A DNA stretch of 63,982 bases, the filler included, from Octopus bimaculoides (lineage: Eukaryota), in the NCBI RefSeq assembly GCF_001194135.2. It is 9 parts of 8 records of this genome, joined end to end, with 100 filler letters (N's around TTAATTAATTAA, not from the genome) between each part and the next. Parts side by side here need not be neighbours in the genome. Positions count along the whole stretch, not along the records: positions 62,964 to 63,982 come from NC_068989.1; 8 more parts are not named here. The stretch is one strand, 5' to 3'. How positions within the stretch are numbered: position 1 is the first letter of the stretch; each line of letters opens with the position of its first letter. Under the pieces are notes generated by a model, which searched no databases, had not been told where the DNA came from, and worked only from the letters and a program-made list of their open reading frames with translations. The translations under genes and the position numbers were made by a program. Shown here piece after piece: positions 63,907 to 63,982 of the stretch.

Positions 63907-63982
63907 ATATCAGCACAAAAGTGAAGGTTGATCTTCATTTCAACTTTAAAAAAAATAGCGAAGTTTATATAACAACTATCGT

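Overview
AT-rich animal genomic DNA from a fragmented draft assembly (about 7 kb of N gaps). It is saturated with microsatellites, tRNA-derived SINEs and decayed transposons. The repeat landscape looks like a coleoid cephalopod, most likely Octopus; this is inferred from pattern recognition, not a database hit. I cannot support any host protein-coding exon: the long ORFs in the track are microsatellite/gap artefacts or transposon fragments. Supportable content: (i) a near-full-length but frameshifted Penelope-like element with a C-terminal GIY-YIG layout (YRDD RT, probably Hydra clade) at 12.0-14.3 kb; (ii) a second PLE RT slice enclosed by 67-bp inverted repeats; (iii) two PLE 3' ends carrying a variant minimal hammerhead-ribozyme motif; (iv) several R4/Dong-type RLE LINE fragments next to (TAA)n or (TACA)n; (v) CR1, RTE and L1/Tx1 fragments; (vi) Tc1, mariner, maT-like, hAT and piggyBac-type non-autonomous elements, several deeply nested; (vii) many fold-back hairpins and inverted SINE pairs; (viii) a degenerate interstitial (TTAGGG)n tract; (ix) eight synthetic 44N-TTAATTAATTAA-44N linkers, across which adjacency should not be trusted. 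I see no clear new biological system. The most interesting signals are the variant hammerheads, the palindromic two-right-end maT elements and the TIR-enclosed PLE fragment.
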